DNA of 36,044 bases from Candidatus Undinarchaeales archaeon (lineage in GTDB: Archaea > SpSt-1190 > JASMDC01). The stretch spans positions 1-36,044 of the forward strand of contig JASMDC010000035.1 in NCBI GenBank assembly GCA_030753015.1, written 5' to 3'. Shown here one piece after another: positions 7,793 through 17,585 of this stretch. The position numbers and the translations under genes are program-made. How positions within the stretch are numbered: the stretch's first letter is position 1; every line of letters starts with the position of its first letter. A model generated the notes under the pieces. It did no database searches and had not been told where the DNA came from. It saw only the letters and a program-made list of their open reading frames with translations.

Positions 7793-10700
7793 CTAGGGAT
7801 GGAATCCGTGCAGCCCCTTGTCCTCTCCCTCGTCCTTCTTCTTGGGCTTCCCCCCGGTCGTGTCCGGGGGCTGCTGCGGGGCTTGAGGTGGCTGCGGGAC
7901 CTGTGGTTGGCCCATGGCCCCGGGATGGAGACCGTGGGCTGCTTGCTGAGCACCCTGGTCGCTCGCCGGCTGCTGCCCTGACGGCCCCCACCCGTGCTGT
8001 TGCTGTTGCTGCTGACTTTGTATCTGCGGGGAATGGACGGTCTGGGCGCCGTAGTAGGCCCGCTGGCCGTAGTATTGGCTCCCACCGTAGTACTGCTGTT
8101 GCGGACCGTAGAACTGCTGTTGTCCCTGCTGGTATCCATCCATGGCAGCAGCGCCGGTCGCTTTGTCAATGCCCATACCGGGGAACACCTGCCGCTTGAG
8201 GGCGAGGGCGAGGGCGCCGATGATCACCAGAACCTCGATGAAGTCCTTGATGTTGGCGAGCTCACCGATCTTGTCGATCACAGCGACCGCCCCTACTTCG
8301 ACGGTGACCTTGTGTTCGATCGTGGCATTGGGCATGCCCACAGGCAGAACCTTGATGGTGAGCTCATGCTCCCCCGGTACGACCCCCTGGACGTCCACCG
8401 AGAGCGGTAGGGTGGCGTCCTCGTCGATTACCACCTTATGCCGGGCGGTCCACGATAGCCCTATGGCTTTGGTGTCCGCTTTCAGGGAGATGTCGAACGC
8501 TTCCCGTAATGAGCCCGTGTTCTTCACCGTGAAGGCCAGCAGCCGTGTCTCCTGCTCAACCATCTCGAGCGATCCCGGGCCCTCGATGTCGGCCGAGCAC
8601 ACGCAGTCGGGCGATGTGCGGCAGTCCTCGCCGACGCCCGGTTCGCACGTATCGTCGACGCACTGGTCGGGACCGCAGTCCAGAGCGCATGTCACGCACT
8701 CGGTGGCATTCTCGCACGTCCCGTCGCCGCATCCGCCACGGCAGGAATGGCTCTCCAGATCGCATGTCATGGTGCTCGGGCAGCCGCAGTCCTCGCAGCA
8801 TGAGCTCGAGCCTTCGTCAGGGCTGTCGCATTGACCGTCGCCGCAGGTGACCCGGTTGCATCCTATTTCGTTGGCACCGGCGCGGGACGAGTCGCAGATG
8901 AATCCGAGCATGCACAAGCAGTCCTTGGGGGCGAGGATACAGTCCTCGCCCAGTGCCGTGTCGCACACACCGTTCCCGCGGCAGTCCAGGATCGAGCAGT
9001 CGGCCGGGCATTGGCCGCACTCGTTCTGGCACTTGCCGTCACCGCACTCGGCGGTGGCGCATCGGTCGGATGCGTCACAGGTGAATCCCTTCTCGCACAT
9101 CCCCTCGCATGTGCATGAGTCGCCGCCGGCACCGCGGAGCACGCATCCCCCCGCGCCGTCACACACCCCCAGCTCGCACACGCTCCCGCACGACCGCATC
9201 TCGGGGATGCACTGGCCGCCAAAGCACTTGTCCTCGGTGCAGGGATTCCCGTCATCGCACCCACAATCTTCGGGACAGGTGTTGCAGTCCTCGGTGGCCT
9301 CGCACACGCTGTTGGGGCATTCGGCGGTGCAGGCGTTGTGCGGGTCGGAGGGGCAGGGGTCCTCGTCGTCCGGGATGCCGTCCAGGTCGCGGTCTGACAG
9401 GCACGCGTCGTCGGCACAGATGAACGTGACCTCGAACGCGGTCCTGCAGGCCGTGTCGGGTTCGGTCATATTGCCGCACCGTGCGCACCCGACGGACGGT
9501 TCGCACACGAGACCCTCGCTGGTGCACGCCCTCTCCAGACCGGGGGTGCACACGCCCTCCACGCACGAGAACGTGATGTGGGCGTTCTGGTGACAGAGCC
9601 CGGCGCAGTCGTCGTCGTTGGCGCAGGATTTGCAGGCATTCTTGGGATCGCGTGGGCACGGGTCCGTGTCGTCGCCGAACCCGTCGCCGTCGAAGTCCGG
9701 AGCACATCCCTTGGGTTTGTCCGAGGACGGATCGCACGTCTCGCCCTCCTGACACCCGCAGTCCTGGAGACATCGACCGCAGTTCTCGCTCGGGTCGCAC
9801 ACACCGTTCCCGCACAGCCGCTGACACTTGCCGTCGCGGCACCCGAAGGCCGAGCCGTAGGTGAATGAGGCCGTGCAGTTGATATCTGCTGTACATCCGA
9901 CGCATCCCTCCCGGGAGCACACGGCGCCCGACTCCGTGCAGTTGGTCGAAGGACGCTCCTTGCACACGTAGTTGTCGCATCCCTGCCCGCTGAACACGTT
10001 GTGCTCGCAGGAGTAGCGACAGTTCTCGTTACGGAAGCAGGAGGCCACCTTGCAGAAGAGGCCCTCGATGTCGCAAGCATAGTTGGGTCCGTACTGCGAC
10101 TGGCACTGCTCGTTGGAGATGCAGGAGAGGCAGCCGGACGGGAGCTGGCATACCTGGTTGATACCGGTGGCGGAACAGTCGTGGATGTTCTCTACCTGGA
10201 TCTCGCACCGCATGTCGCTACAGGAATAGTCGAGGAAGGAGTAGCGCTGGCAGGTGTCCTCACAATGGCCGTCCTCGAGGCAGGACACGCACCCGCGCTC
10301 GCTGTTGCACTGGAGGTCCAGATCGCCGCAGGACGACTCCGTCACGTTACAGACGCCAGCGCTGCAGGTGCTGTTGAGGTAGGTGCGTCCGTCCGTCCCG
10401 CCGCACTCGTCGGCGCACCCGGGCGCAGTGGCGCTGCATTCGCCCACCTCGGAGCACGCACCGGGCGCGTTCCCGGAGCAGCAGGGCTGGGCCAGGGAAG
10501 AGCACGCCAGCTGGGCTGTGTCCTGGGCGCACCGCACTTCACCCGCACATCCCGCGCTGCCGCACGCTTTCCCGGGCTCGAATCCCGGTGGCGGTGCCAC
10601 GCACTGGCCACTGCAGCAGAACCCGCTCCCCGAGGCGGTTACGCAGGGTGCGTGGTCGGGCTCGCACGAGCCCTTGCACAGCCAGTCCTTGTTGGGATCG

Positions 10701-13700
10701 TCCACGCACATAGGGGCCGCCTCACCGCAGTTGTCCACCTGGCCGTTGGGGCAAGTGACTGCCTGACTGCATGTCCCGGAACCGGGATCGCACACCAGTT
10801 CCCCGCCGCACTCGCAGTCCTTTGTGCACAGATCGCCCGCGCCCTTGGTCTGGATCGGGACGCATGCTCCCGCTACGCAGCACTGGGAGGCGCAATGGGT
10901 CTCGGACGAGCAACCGCTCATGCACGTGCCCACGGTGCCATCACAAACGTAGTCGCCGCACTCCTGCGCCGTCGTCCCGTCAAACGCGCCGAGACCGGTG
11001 CACGTGGAGGTCATGGTCCGCTCGTCGTTGCACACGTCACTGCCGGCGATGTCGCACTGCCATTCGTTGCTCTGGCATGCAACGAGGCCCCCGGGGCACG
11101 GTTCGGTCCCGCACGCCCCGCGTGGCGTCCATAGGAGGTCGGGCATCGACTGGCACCCGGTCCCGCAACAGTACCCTGCCGTGGACCCGTGCTCACAAGC
11201 GGCGGCGCCGAAGGCGGCGCACGAAGCGCAGCGGTCGAGGCCGCCGATACCGTCCGTATCGAGGCAAGGGAAGAGATCCTGGCAATCGCCGCTCGACGTG
11301 CAGCCCTCCCGGCACTGGCCAGCGGACGGATCGCAACGGTAGGGCGAGCAGTCGCCCCTGCTCTCGAAGGTCCCGGTGGTCGAGCACTGGCCCCGGCGGG
11401 CGAGGTCATCGGAGCATACAGGATCGTCCAGGGAGTCACAGGCCCAGGAGCCGTCCCTACAGGTCACCGCCCCGGTGCAGTTGCCCGCGCCGCACGCGTT
11501 GCTGGGCGTCCATGCGGGCAGCGGCATGCCTTGGCAAGAGTCACCGCAGCAGAATCCCGTCGCACCGTCCAGGTCGCACACAGATGCCTCGTGCTCGACG
11601 CATCCACTGCAGCTGTCGGGCGCTCTGTCGCCGTCCACGTCGATGCAGGCTGCGGGCGCTAGGCATTGCTCGTTGGATACGCACCCGGTGAGGCACTCTC
11701 CCGAGGCATCGTCGCACCGGTAGGGGGCGCACAACTTCGCCTGGGCAGCGTTGAACACACCCGTCAGGCTGCAGGTGGACGACTTGTCCTGGGAACAGGC
11801 CGCACGTCCCGCGGAGCTGCACTGCCAGCTTCCGGTCGCGCACGCCACTATACCGTCGCACGGGGCCTCCCCGCAGGCGACCCCTGGCGTCCAGTCGAAG
11901 ATGAGCATGCCCGCGCACTCTCCACCACAGCAGTACCCGGCCTGGATGCCTTCCTGGCACTGCTTTGTAGCATGGTTGGAGCAGGTGGAACAGGTGTCCA
12001 GCCCGCCCGTGCCGTCGGTGTCGATGCACGACAGTCCGTCCTGGCAATCGGTGTCCGAAGCGCATGCTGCGCCTTCCCCTGCCAGGTCCGTGCAGGTGTT
12101 GGTGTTGCTGTCGCAGAATCCGGCCGCGCACTCGCAGCCCTTCGCACAGTCGGCGCCGTTGGGGAGCTTGGTCACGTAGCACAGGTCGTTGCAGCAGGCA
12201 CCCTCGCCGTCCCCCGTGTAGCACAACCGGCCCGTCTCCATCCCCGCACAGGAGCTGCAAGTGTCAACGAGGCTGTCACCGTCGCTGTCCCGGCACACGT
12301 CGGCGCACAGCTGGCCCACGCAGCACACGCCGCTCTGGCCCATGTTGTCGGTGGCAGGATTGCCGTTGTCCTCACCAGGGTGGCAGGCGCCGCACTGGCC
12401 ACCGGCACCGGTCTTGTCGATGCACAGCCCGCTGGCGCACTGCCCGCCGTCGGTGCAGGTTTGGCCGTCGCGGAGGAGGCAGGAGCCCCCGATGCACTGG
12501 TAGCCGGCCTGGCAGGGGCAGTCAAGGAGGCAAGTGCCGCAGTCCTCGCCCGCCTCGCACTTCCCGTTGCCGCAGCAGACGAGGGCCGCCTCTCCGGCCT
12601 CGTTGCAGTCCGGGTCCGTCCCGAAACACTCGGACGACAGGCAGATGGCGTCGCAGACCGCGGGGCACGCGGTGCACTGGGGGGGCACCGTGGCGCAGAA
12701 CTCGCCCCCGCTGCAGGTGACGCACGTACCGCCCACGCAGGAGCAGGAGTTGGCACTGCCCTCGCACTCGCTGGAGTCGTCCGCGGTGCACGCACCACCG
12801 GAGCAGTCGCTGCACCCGGGGCAGGCGGTGTAGCCGCAGGTGGACGAGCAGGTCCCCTCCGTCGCGGAGCAGATGGCGCCACCGCCCACATCGAGTCCGT
12901 CGCACTGGGTGGACACGCTCGCTCCGTTCTGGCCGTTGCACTCGGCATGGCACTCCGTGTCGCCCTCGGCCGTCCCGTCGGCCTCGCAGCAGTCCTGGGG
13001 ACAGGAGGCGTGGTCCTCGCCCGTTCCGTCATCACAGGAGCCATCACCGCACATGGTCCCTTGCAGGTATGTGACGGTGACACCGTACAGATCGGGAGAG
13101 CTGGTATGGGGAGTGGACAGATCGAACCTGTACTGGAAGTACCGGTTGTCAGCAACACCCGGGGCCTGGGGCGAGGTAATGGCGATGGTCGTGAACTCCT
13201 CGCCCGTGCACGAGGGATCATCGCAGCTCCGCACCTTTGGCGTGAGCTCTAGGAAGCCCCGTGCGTAGTGGTCCTGGATCTCGGCGGCGGAGAGCGCCCT
13301 GTCGTAGATGGCCACCTCGTCGAACGTGTTGGTATCGTACCTGCCCACGAAGAGGTCGTACGAGTTGGTGACGATGGCCCCAGTGAGCTCTTTAGACTTC
13401 TGCATCTGGCCGTTGACGTATATCTTCTGCTGAGCGCCCGCGGGAGCGGTCCGGTCATAGGTGAGCGCCACGTGGTACCATCCGGACGACAGCGTGGTCG
13501 ATATCTTCTGTCGGTTGATCCTGCCGACGACCGAATCGGAGTCGATGGTGAGCGCGTAGGCCCCGGGCTTGACGATACCACGGTCCGGGGCCAACCACAC
13601 GGTCTGCAGGAACCCGTCGTCGTTCGGGCCGCGGTAGGCGATGGCGAACACGGTGTCGGTGACCGGGACGATGACCGGTCTTCGTGCGAATGTGCCCTCG

Positions 13701-15232
13701 AACTGATTGGAATTGATGACGGCAAGCCCGCTCGTCCCGTCCTCGCCGATGGATACCATCTTCACCACTCCATACGTGTTGTGATTGGAGTAGACGAGGG
13801 CGAACAGGTCGTGATCGATGTGGACGATGTCAGGCTCGTACCCTTTCTGGGAATCGGAGGCGAACTGCAGAAGGGCAAGGGTCTCGTCCCCGATCTGGCC
13901 GTTGTCGGCGATGGACACGGTCCTGATCTCTCCGTGGTCGCTGTCCCCCCGGTAGGCGATAGCGAACACGTTCCCCGCCACGTTGACGATCACAGGCTCA
14001 TAGACCTTGTAGCATGTGCCCTCGGCATCTGTGTTGATCGAGAGCGTGTCGATGACCGCGCCGATGGTCCCTTTTTTGTCGATGGACACGGTCTTGAGAT
14101 ACCCGCAGTCGTTGTCCCCCCGATAGACGATGGCGAACACGGTGCCGTCCACATGGCTGATGCGCGGCTCGTATCCCTTCGTTCCGTCGAACTCCAGGGA
14201 GGAGCCGGTCTTGGCCACTCCTGTGCCATCTGCAGAGATGGTCACGGTCTCGAGCACTCCTGCGTCGTTGTCCGTTCGGTAGACCACGGCGTACACGGTG
14301 CCTTTGACATGCACGATATCAGGGTCCAGACCGGTGTCGGCGAACTTCAGGTCACCAAGGACCTTGGAACCAATGGTCCCCGTAGGGCTGATGGACACTG
14401 TCTTGATCTTCCCGTCCTGGTTGTCGAACTTGCTGAACGCGATGGCATATATGTCGCCAGTCACATGAATGAGGACGGGCTGGTCGCCGTGGCCATCGAA
14501 CTCCTTGGTACCAAGTGCCTTGTTCCCGATCGGCCCGTCATCTGCAATGGACACGGTCTTCACGTACCCCTTGTCCGCGGAGGCGCCGCGATAGGCGATG
14601 GCATACACGTCGCCGTCCACGTGGATGATGTCCGCCCAAGAGCCTGCGCTCGTGTCGAACTCAAGGCCGCCCGCAACTGAATCGGGATGCTCCCATTCCG
14701 GTCCGAGCTTCACAAATGCTTCGATCGTAATGGCATCGGTGATGTCCAGGCTAGCAGCGTCCGCGATGGTGACCACGTCGTCCCATCCGCCGAACTGGAT
14801 GCCCGTGCCGAACCGGCCCTCGGCCTCGTACGTGGGACCGCCGGAAGCGGTACCGTGGTTCCCCTGGCCCGAGGCGTCCTGGGGCGCGCCCCCCGTTTCG
14901 TCCAGGTGGAGGAGGAGCACGTTCCCGGTCATGTCGGCACCACCGCGCATGGTCTCGATCCCCCTGTTGTCGGGGAACGGCTTGTCGTACGGCGCGCCCC
15001 GCTCCCACGCGATGGACTGCCACTGGGAGTCTGTCTGGGCGTCGAACACCTTGGATGTGTAGGTGCCGGATCCCCCCGAGGTGAGCTGGACGTGATCGGT
15101 GCTCCACAGGGTGCTTGAGTAGGTGCCCTCATCGAAGCTCTCCTTGTCGTCCGTCTCCCAGACGTCGGCCGCGGCAAGGGCAATGAGCAACAAGAGGACG
15201 ACCACAGGCCGGATATACCTCCCACTACTCAT
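7793..15232 (-). CDS. Giant type I membrane surface protein/adhesin (2479 aa): signal peptide, LamG-like domain with inserted 7-repeat beta-propeller, ~1500-aa Cys-rich repeat stalk, Ig-like domain, TM helix, Gln/Tyr-rich cytoplasmic tail
   Basis: ATG 15232 gives MSSGRYIRPVVVLLLLIALAAA, 24-31 nt after a TTTAATAA box (ORF track extends to 15301). LamG motifs LLLHLDE..DASGQGNHG..TIEAFVK and WYHVALTYD..IYVNG..DEVAIYDRALSAAEI; CGDGxC..ExCxxCPxDC repeats; TM FIEVLVIIGALALAL-KR. Confidence 0.85.
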   Translation of the reverse strand: MSSGRYIRPVVVLLLLIALAAADVWETDDKESFDEGTYSSTLWSTDHVQLTSGGSGTYTSKVFDAQTDSQWQSIAWERGAPYDKPFPDNRGIETMRGGADMTGNVLLLHLDETGGAPQDASGQGNHGTASGGPTYEAEGRFGTGIQFGGWDDVVTIADAASLDITDAITIEAFVKLGPEWEHPDSVAGGLEFDTSAGSWADIIHVDGDVYAIAYRGASADKGYVKTVSIADDGPIGNKALGTKEFDGHGDQPVLIHVTGDIYAIAFSKFDNQDGKIKTVSISPTGTIGSKVLGDLKFADTGLDPDIVHVKGTVYAVVYRTDNDAGVLETVTISADGTGVAKTGSSLEFDGTKGYEPRISHVDGTVFAIVYRGDNDCGYLKTVSIDKKGTIGAVIDTLSINTDAEGTCYKVYEPVIVNVAGNVFAIAYRGDSDHGEIRTVSIADNGQIGDETLALLQFASDSQKGYEPDIVHIDHDLFALVYSNHNTYGVVKMVSIGEDGTSGLAVINSNQFEGTFARRPVIVPVTDTVFAIAYRGPNDDGFLQTVWLAPDRGIVKPGAYALTIDSDSVVGRINRQKISTTLSSGWYHVALTYDRTAPAGAQQKIYVNGQMQKSKELTGAIVTNSYDLFVGRYDTNTFDEVAIYDRALSAAEIQDHYARGFLELTPKVRSCDDPSCTGEEFTTIAITSPQAPGVADNRYFQYRFDLSTPHTSSPDLYGVTVTYLQGTMCGDGSCDDGTGEDHASCPQDCCEADGTAEGDTECHAECNGQNGASVSTQCDGLDVGGGAICSATEGTCSSTCGYTACPGCSDCSGGACTADDSSECEGSANSCSCVGGTCVTCSGGEFCATVPPQCTACPAVCDAICLSSECFGTDPDCNEAGEAALVCCGNGKCEAGEDCGTCLLDCPCQAGYQCIGGSCLLRDGQTCTDGGQCASGLCIDKTGAGGQCGACHPGEDNGNPATDNMGQSGVCCVGQLCADVCRDSDGDSLVDTCSSCAGMETGRLCYTGDGEGACCNDLCYVTKLPNGADCAKGCECAAGFCDSNTNTCTDLAGEGAACASDTDCQDGLSCIDTDGTGGLDTCSTCSNHATKQCQEGIQAGYCCGGECAGMLIFDWTPGVACGEAPCDGIVACATGSWQCSSAGRAACSQDKSSTCSLTGVFNAAQAKLCAPYRCDDASGECLTGCVSNEQCLAPAACIDVDGDRAPDSCSGCVEHEASVCDLDGATGFCCGDSCQGMPLPAWTPSNACGAGNCTGAVTCRDGSWACDSLDDPVCSDDLARRGQCSTTGTFESRGDCSPYRCDPSAGQCREGCTSSGDCQDLFPCLDTDGIGGLDRCASCAAFGAAACEHGSTAGYCCGTGCQSMPDLLWTPRGACGTEPCPGGLVACQSNEWQCDIAGSDVCNDERTMTSTCTGLGAFDGTTAQECGDYVCDGTVGTCMSGCSSETHCASQCCVAGACVPIQTKGAGDLCTKDCECGGELVCDPGSGTCSQAVTCPNGQVDNCGEAAPMCVDDPNKDWLCKGSCEPDHAPCVTASGSGFCCSGQCVAPPPGFEPGKACGSAGCAGEVRCAQDTAQLACSSLAQPCCSGNAPGACSEVGECSATAPGCADECGGTDGRTYLNSTCSAGVCNVTESSCGDLDLQCNSERGCVSCLEDGHCEDTCQRYSFLDYSCSDMRCEIQVENIHDCSATGINQVCQLPSGCLSCISNEQCQSQYGPNYACDIEGLFCKVASCFRNENCRYSCEHNVFSGQGCDNYVCKERPSTNCTESGAVCSREGCVGCTADINCTASFTYGSAFGCRDGKCQRLCGNGVCDPSENCGRCLQDCGCQEGETCDPSSDKPKGCAPDFDGDGFGDDTDPCPRDPKNACKSCANDDDCAGLCHQNAHITFSCVEGVCTPGLERACTSEGLVCEPSVGCARCGNMTEPDTACRTAFEVTFICADDACLSDRDLDGIPDDEDPCPSDPHNACTAECPNSVCEATEDCNTCPEDCGCDDGNPCTEDKCFGGQCIPEMRSCGSVCELGVCDGAGGCVLRGAGGDSCTCEGMCEKGFTCDASDRCATAECGDGKCQNECGQCPADCSILDCRGNGVCDTALGEDCILAPKDCLCMLGFICDSSRAGANEIGCNRVTCGDGQCDSPDEGSSSCCEDCGCPSTMTCDLESHSCRGGCGDGTCENATECVTCALDCGPDQCVDDTCEPGVGEDCRTSPDCVCSADIEGPGSLEMVEQETRLLAFTVKNTGSLREAFDISLKADTKAIGLSWTARHKVVIDEDATLPLSVDVQGVVPGEHELTIKVLPVGMPNATIEHKVTVEVGAVAVIDKIGELANIKDFIEVLVIIGALALALKRQVFPGMGIDKATGAAAMDGYQQGQQQFYGPQQQYYGGSQYYGQRAYYGAQTVHSPQIQSQQQQQQHGWGPSGQQPASDQGAQQAAHGLHPGAMGQPQVPQPPQAPQQPPDTTGGKPKKKDEGEDKGLHGFHP
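10890..12028 (-). repeat. Three tandem ~127-aa Cys-rich repeats, each opening with a CxDxDG..DxC motif
   Basis: Units start at 12028 (CIDTDGTGGLDTC), 11647 (CIDVDGDRAPDSC) and 11266 (CLDTDGIGGLDRC), exactly 381 nt apart; shared G(Y/F)CCG, WTP..ACG, W.C and Y.CD motifs. Confidence 0.85.
13586..14677 (-). repeat. Seven ~52-aa repeats (LEFD..G..PxIxHV.G.VYAIAYRG...G.xKTVSI..xG), probable 7-bladed beta-propeller
   Basis: Seven alignable units counted in the translation; the fold assignment is inference from repeat number and length. Confidence 0.8.
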
Positions 15233-15368
15233 GGGAAGATTTCTGTGCTTGACGATTATTAAAGCTTGGGCCGGCAGGTCATCTGGGGGGCCCGTAAACA
15301 AGCATCCGGTGTCCGCGGTTCTTTTACTGAAGGTTTATCTATAGTGAAATTATCTACCGTATAGGGAG
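15233..15368. promoter_or_regulatory. Divergent promoter region for the two large surface protein genes
   Basis: Minus-strand TTTAATAA at 15256-15263 (24-31 nt before ATG 15232, implying a leaderless mRNA); plus-strand TTTATCTATA at 15334-15343 before ATG 15369. Confidence 0.6.
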
Positions 15369-17453
15369 ATGGCTCAGGACCAGTCCTATTACTACCAGTA
15401 CCGACAGGACACTCCTCAGTACGCCTACGGTCAGTACAATCAGCAGTATCAACAGCAGGCGGCCTATGGCGCCCAGCAGGGCTACCAGCCGGGGCAAGGC
15501 TATCAGGCACAGGCGCCGCAGTATGATGGCCAGCAGGCCTATCCGGCCCAGCAGCCATATCCGGCCCAGCAGCCAGAGCCACCCGAGGAGCCACAAGAGT
15601 CGTCATCCGGTAGCGGGATGTGGCTTGGGCTCGCGCTCGTGCTCGTGGTCCTCGTCGCCGGAGGCTACTTCCTAATGGACAGCCAGGGTGTGGGGGCCGG
15701 GACGGGCACAGGGGGATCCCCAGGCAATGGCACAGGTACTGCCGGAGGTGAGCCGGATGTCAGCGGGAAACCAGGACCTGTCGGGGAAGCGACACCGACC
15801 GGAGGACCCGGGCCGACCGGTACACCGGTACCTTCGGATGGACCATCACCTACGGAGGGACCAACACCGACCGAGGATCCCGGCCTCGGGCTTCCTCTAG
15901 GGATAGGCCTTCCCATCATCGACTGCATGACATTACAGGCCATAGAGAACGACCTTGACGGCGACTATTTCCTCGCCATGGACATAGATTGCTCGGGGAC
16001 GAGGATCTGGAACGGTGGACTGGGGTTCGTTCCCCTCAGCAACTACAGGGGCAGCTTCAACGGCCGGGGACAAACGATATCGGGTCTGTACATAAACCGA
16101 CCAGAAGAGTACATCGGCCTCTTCGGGCAGACCCAACGCGCCACCATCACCGATCTCCGGCTGGAGGGCGTCGACGTGACCGGGACCAAGTACGTGGGGG
16201 GTTTGAGCGGCAAGGACGATGGGAGCGTCATTGAAGGCACGTCCGTTAGCGGTAGTGTGTCCGGGGATGAGCACGTCGGTGGCCTGGTGGGCGATGGTAT
16301 CAGGAGCAAGATAAAGGACTGTGAGGCTGACGTGGACGTGTCCGGTAGCACGAGCATTGCAGGCCTTGTCGGTCACTTCAGGGGCGAGTACATCGACGGA
16401 TCCTCCTCGAGCGGGAGCGTGATCGGCGACGATTACGTGGGGGGATTGGCCGGGGGTGTCTATGAGGGCACGATCAAGGGCTCGCACTCCACGGCCAGCG
16501 TCGTGAGCGAAGGAGCCCTCGCCTTCAAGGGCGAGACCGGGGGACTGGTCGGACGTAACTGGGGCGCCGAGATAATCGACTGCTACGCTACCGGGAACGT
16601 GAAGGGTCGTTTCACGACCGGCGGGCTGGTCGGAGCAAATCAGGACCTCATCGAAGGGTCCTATGCGACCGGGGACGTCATCGGTGAACGCTGGGTGGGA
16701 GGGCTCGTTGCCAGCCTGGCCAGCACCGGTACCATCAAGGACTCGTACGCCACGGGTAGCGTCACCGGGAACGACACGTTCGTGGGGGGTCTTGTGAGCT
16801 TCAGCGACGGCGGGATCGTCACCGGTTCATACGCGACAGGGAAGGTCACAGGGGCCGACAACGTGGGTGGGCTCATGGGCGACAACCTGGGTGACATCGA
16901 GAACTGCTACGCCACCGGCGTTGTGAGCGGCACCGAAGCGGTAGGCGGGCTGGTGGGCATCAACATCCCGGAACAGGGAGTGATACTCAACTCCTATGCT
17001 ACCGGCGGCGTGGCCGGTATCAACGTCACCGGGGGGCTCGTGGGTTCCGGGTACGGTACCATCACCAATTCGTTTTCAACAGGCAGCGTGAAGGGCGCAG
17101 CGCCTGTGGGTGGATTCGTGGGGATCACGTCCATGATATATGGACGGCTGGAGAACAACCACTGGTACGACCATGCCGGGAACCCGGGCGGAGGTTTTAC
17201 GTCCGACTGCATGATGCTATTCCAGGAATCCGCATGCACGCCCGAGGGCTGCACGTGGAAGGAGAAAGAGGGATTCAAGGGCCAGTTCTACTGCCAGGGG
17301 CAGTACCTGGGCAATGAGAACGCCGAGCCGGTTGAAGACAAGGCGAAGTTCTACGATCCGAAGAATCCACCTCTGGACACCTGGGACTTCGAGAAGGTTT
17401 GGCAGAAAAGAGACGATGATTATCCAGTTCTCAGGGCCATAGTTCAGGGATGA
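15369..17453 (+). CDS. GLUG-motif repeat surface protein (694 aa), type II membrane topology with Gln/Tyr-rich N-terminal cytoplasmic tail
   Basis: QY-rich N-terminus, TM MWLGLALVLVVLVAGGYFL, G/P/T linker, LQAI..DLDGDYFLAMDID..FNGRGQTISGLYI..GLFG head, then more than 10 SYATGxV.G...VGGLVG repeats. Confidence 0.9.
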   Translation: MAQDQSYYYQYRQDTPQYAYGQYNQQYQQQAAYGAQQGYQPGQGYQAQAPQYDGQQAYPAQQPYPAQQPEPPEEPQESSSGSGMWLGLALVLVVLVAGGYFLMDSQGVGAGTGTGGSPGNGTGTAGGEPDVSGKPGPVGEATPTGGPGPTGTPVPSDGPSPTEGPTPTEDPGLGLPLGIGLPIIDCMTLQAIENDLDGDYFLAMDIDCSGTRIWNGGLGFVPLSNYRGSFNGRGQTISGLYINRPEEYIGLFGQTQRATITDLRLEGVDVTGTKYVGGLSGKDDGSVIEGTSVSGSVSGDEHVGGLVGDGIRSKIKDCEADVDVSGSTSIAGLVGHFRGEYIDGSSSSGSVIGDDYVGGLAGGVYEGTIKGSHSTASVVSEGALAFKGETGGLVGRNWGAEIIDCYATGNVKGRFTTGGLVGANQDLIEGSYATGDVIGERWVGGLVASLASTGTIKDSYATGSVTGNDTFVGGLVSFSDGGIVTGSYATGKVTGADNVGGLMGDNLGDIENCYATGVVSGTEAVGGLVGINIPEQGVILNSYATGGVAGINVTGGLVGSGYGTITNSFSTGSVKGAAPVGGFVGITSMIYGRLENNHWYDHAGNPGGGFTSDCMMLFQESACTPEGCTWKEKEGFKGQFYCQGQYLGNENAEPVEDKAKFYDPKNPPLDTWDFEKVWQKRDDDYPVLRAIVQG
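15540..15575 (+). repeat. Perfect 18-nt tandem duplication (YPAQQP x2)
   Basis: TATCCGGCCCAGCAGCCA twice. Confidence 0.9.
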
Positions 17454-17585
17454 CCGTTGACCTGCCTGCCGTATCAGCAGAGCTTTAGATGATTCGAGTT
17501 AAGGCTACTACCTTCAGACTCCATCTACGAATATAGATGCCGTTTTCTACGAAGACGTGTCCCTAGCTCCGAGACATACAGAACC

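Noticed and set aside
15233-15301. 23-aa N-terminal extension of the 2502-aa ORF
   Set aside because: It overlaps the TATA box; ATG 15232 gives a clean signal peptide
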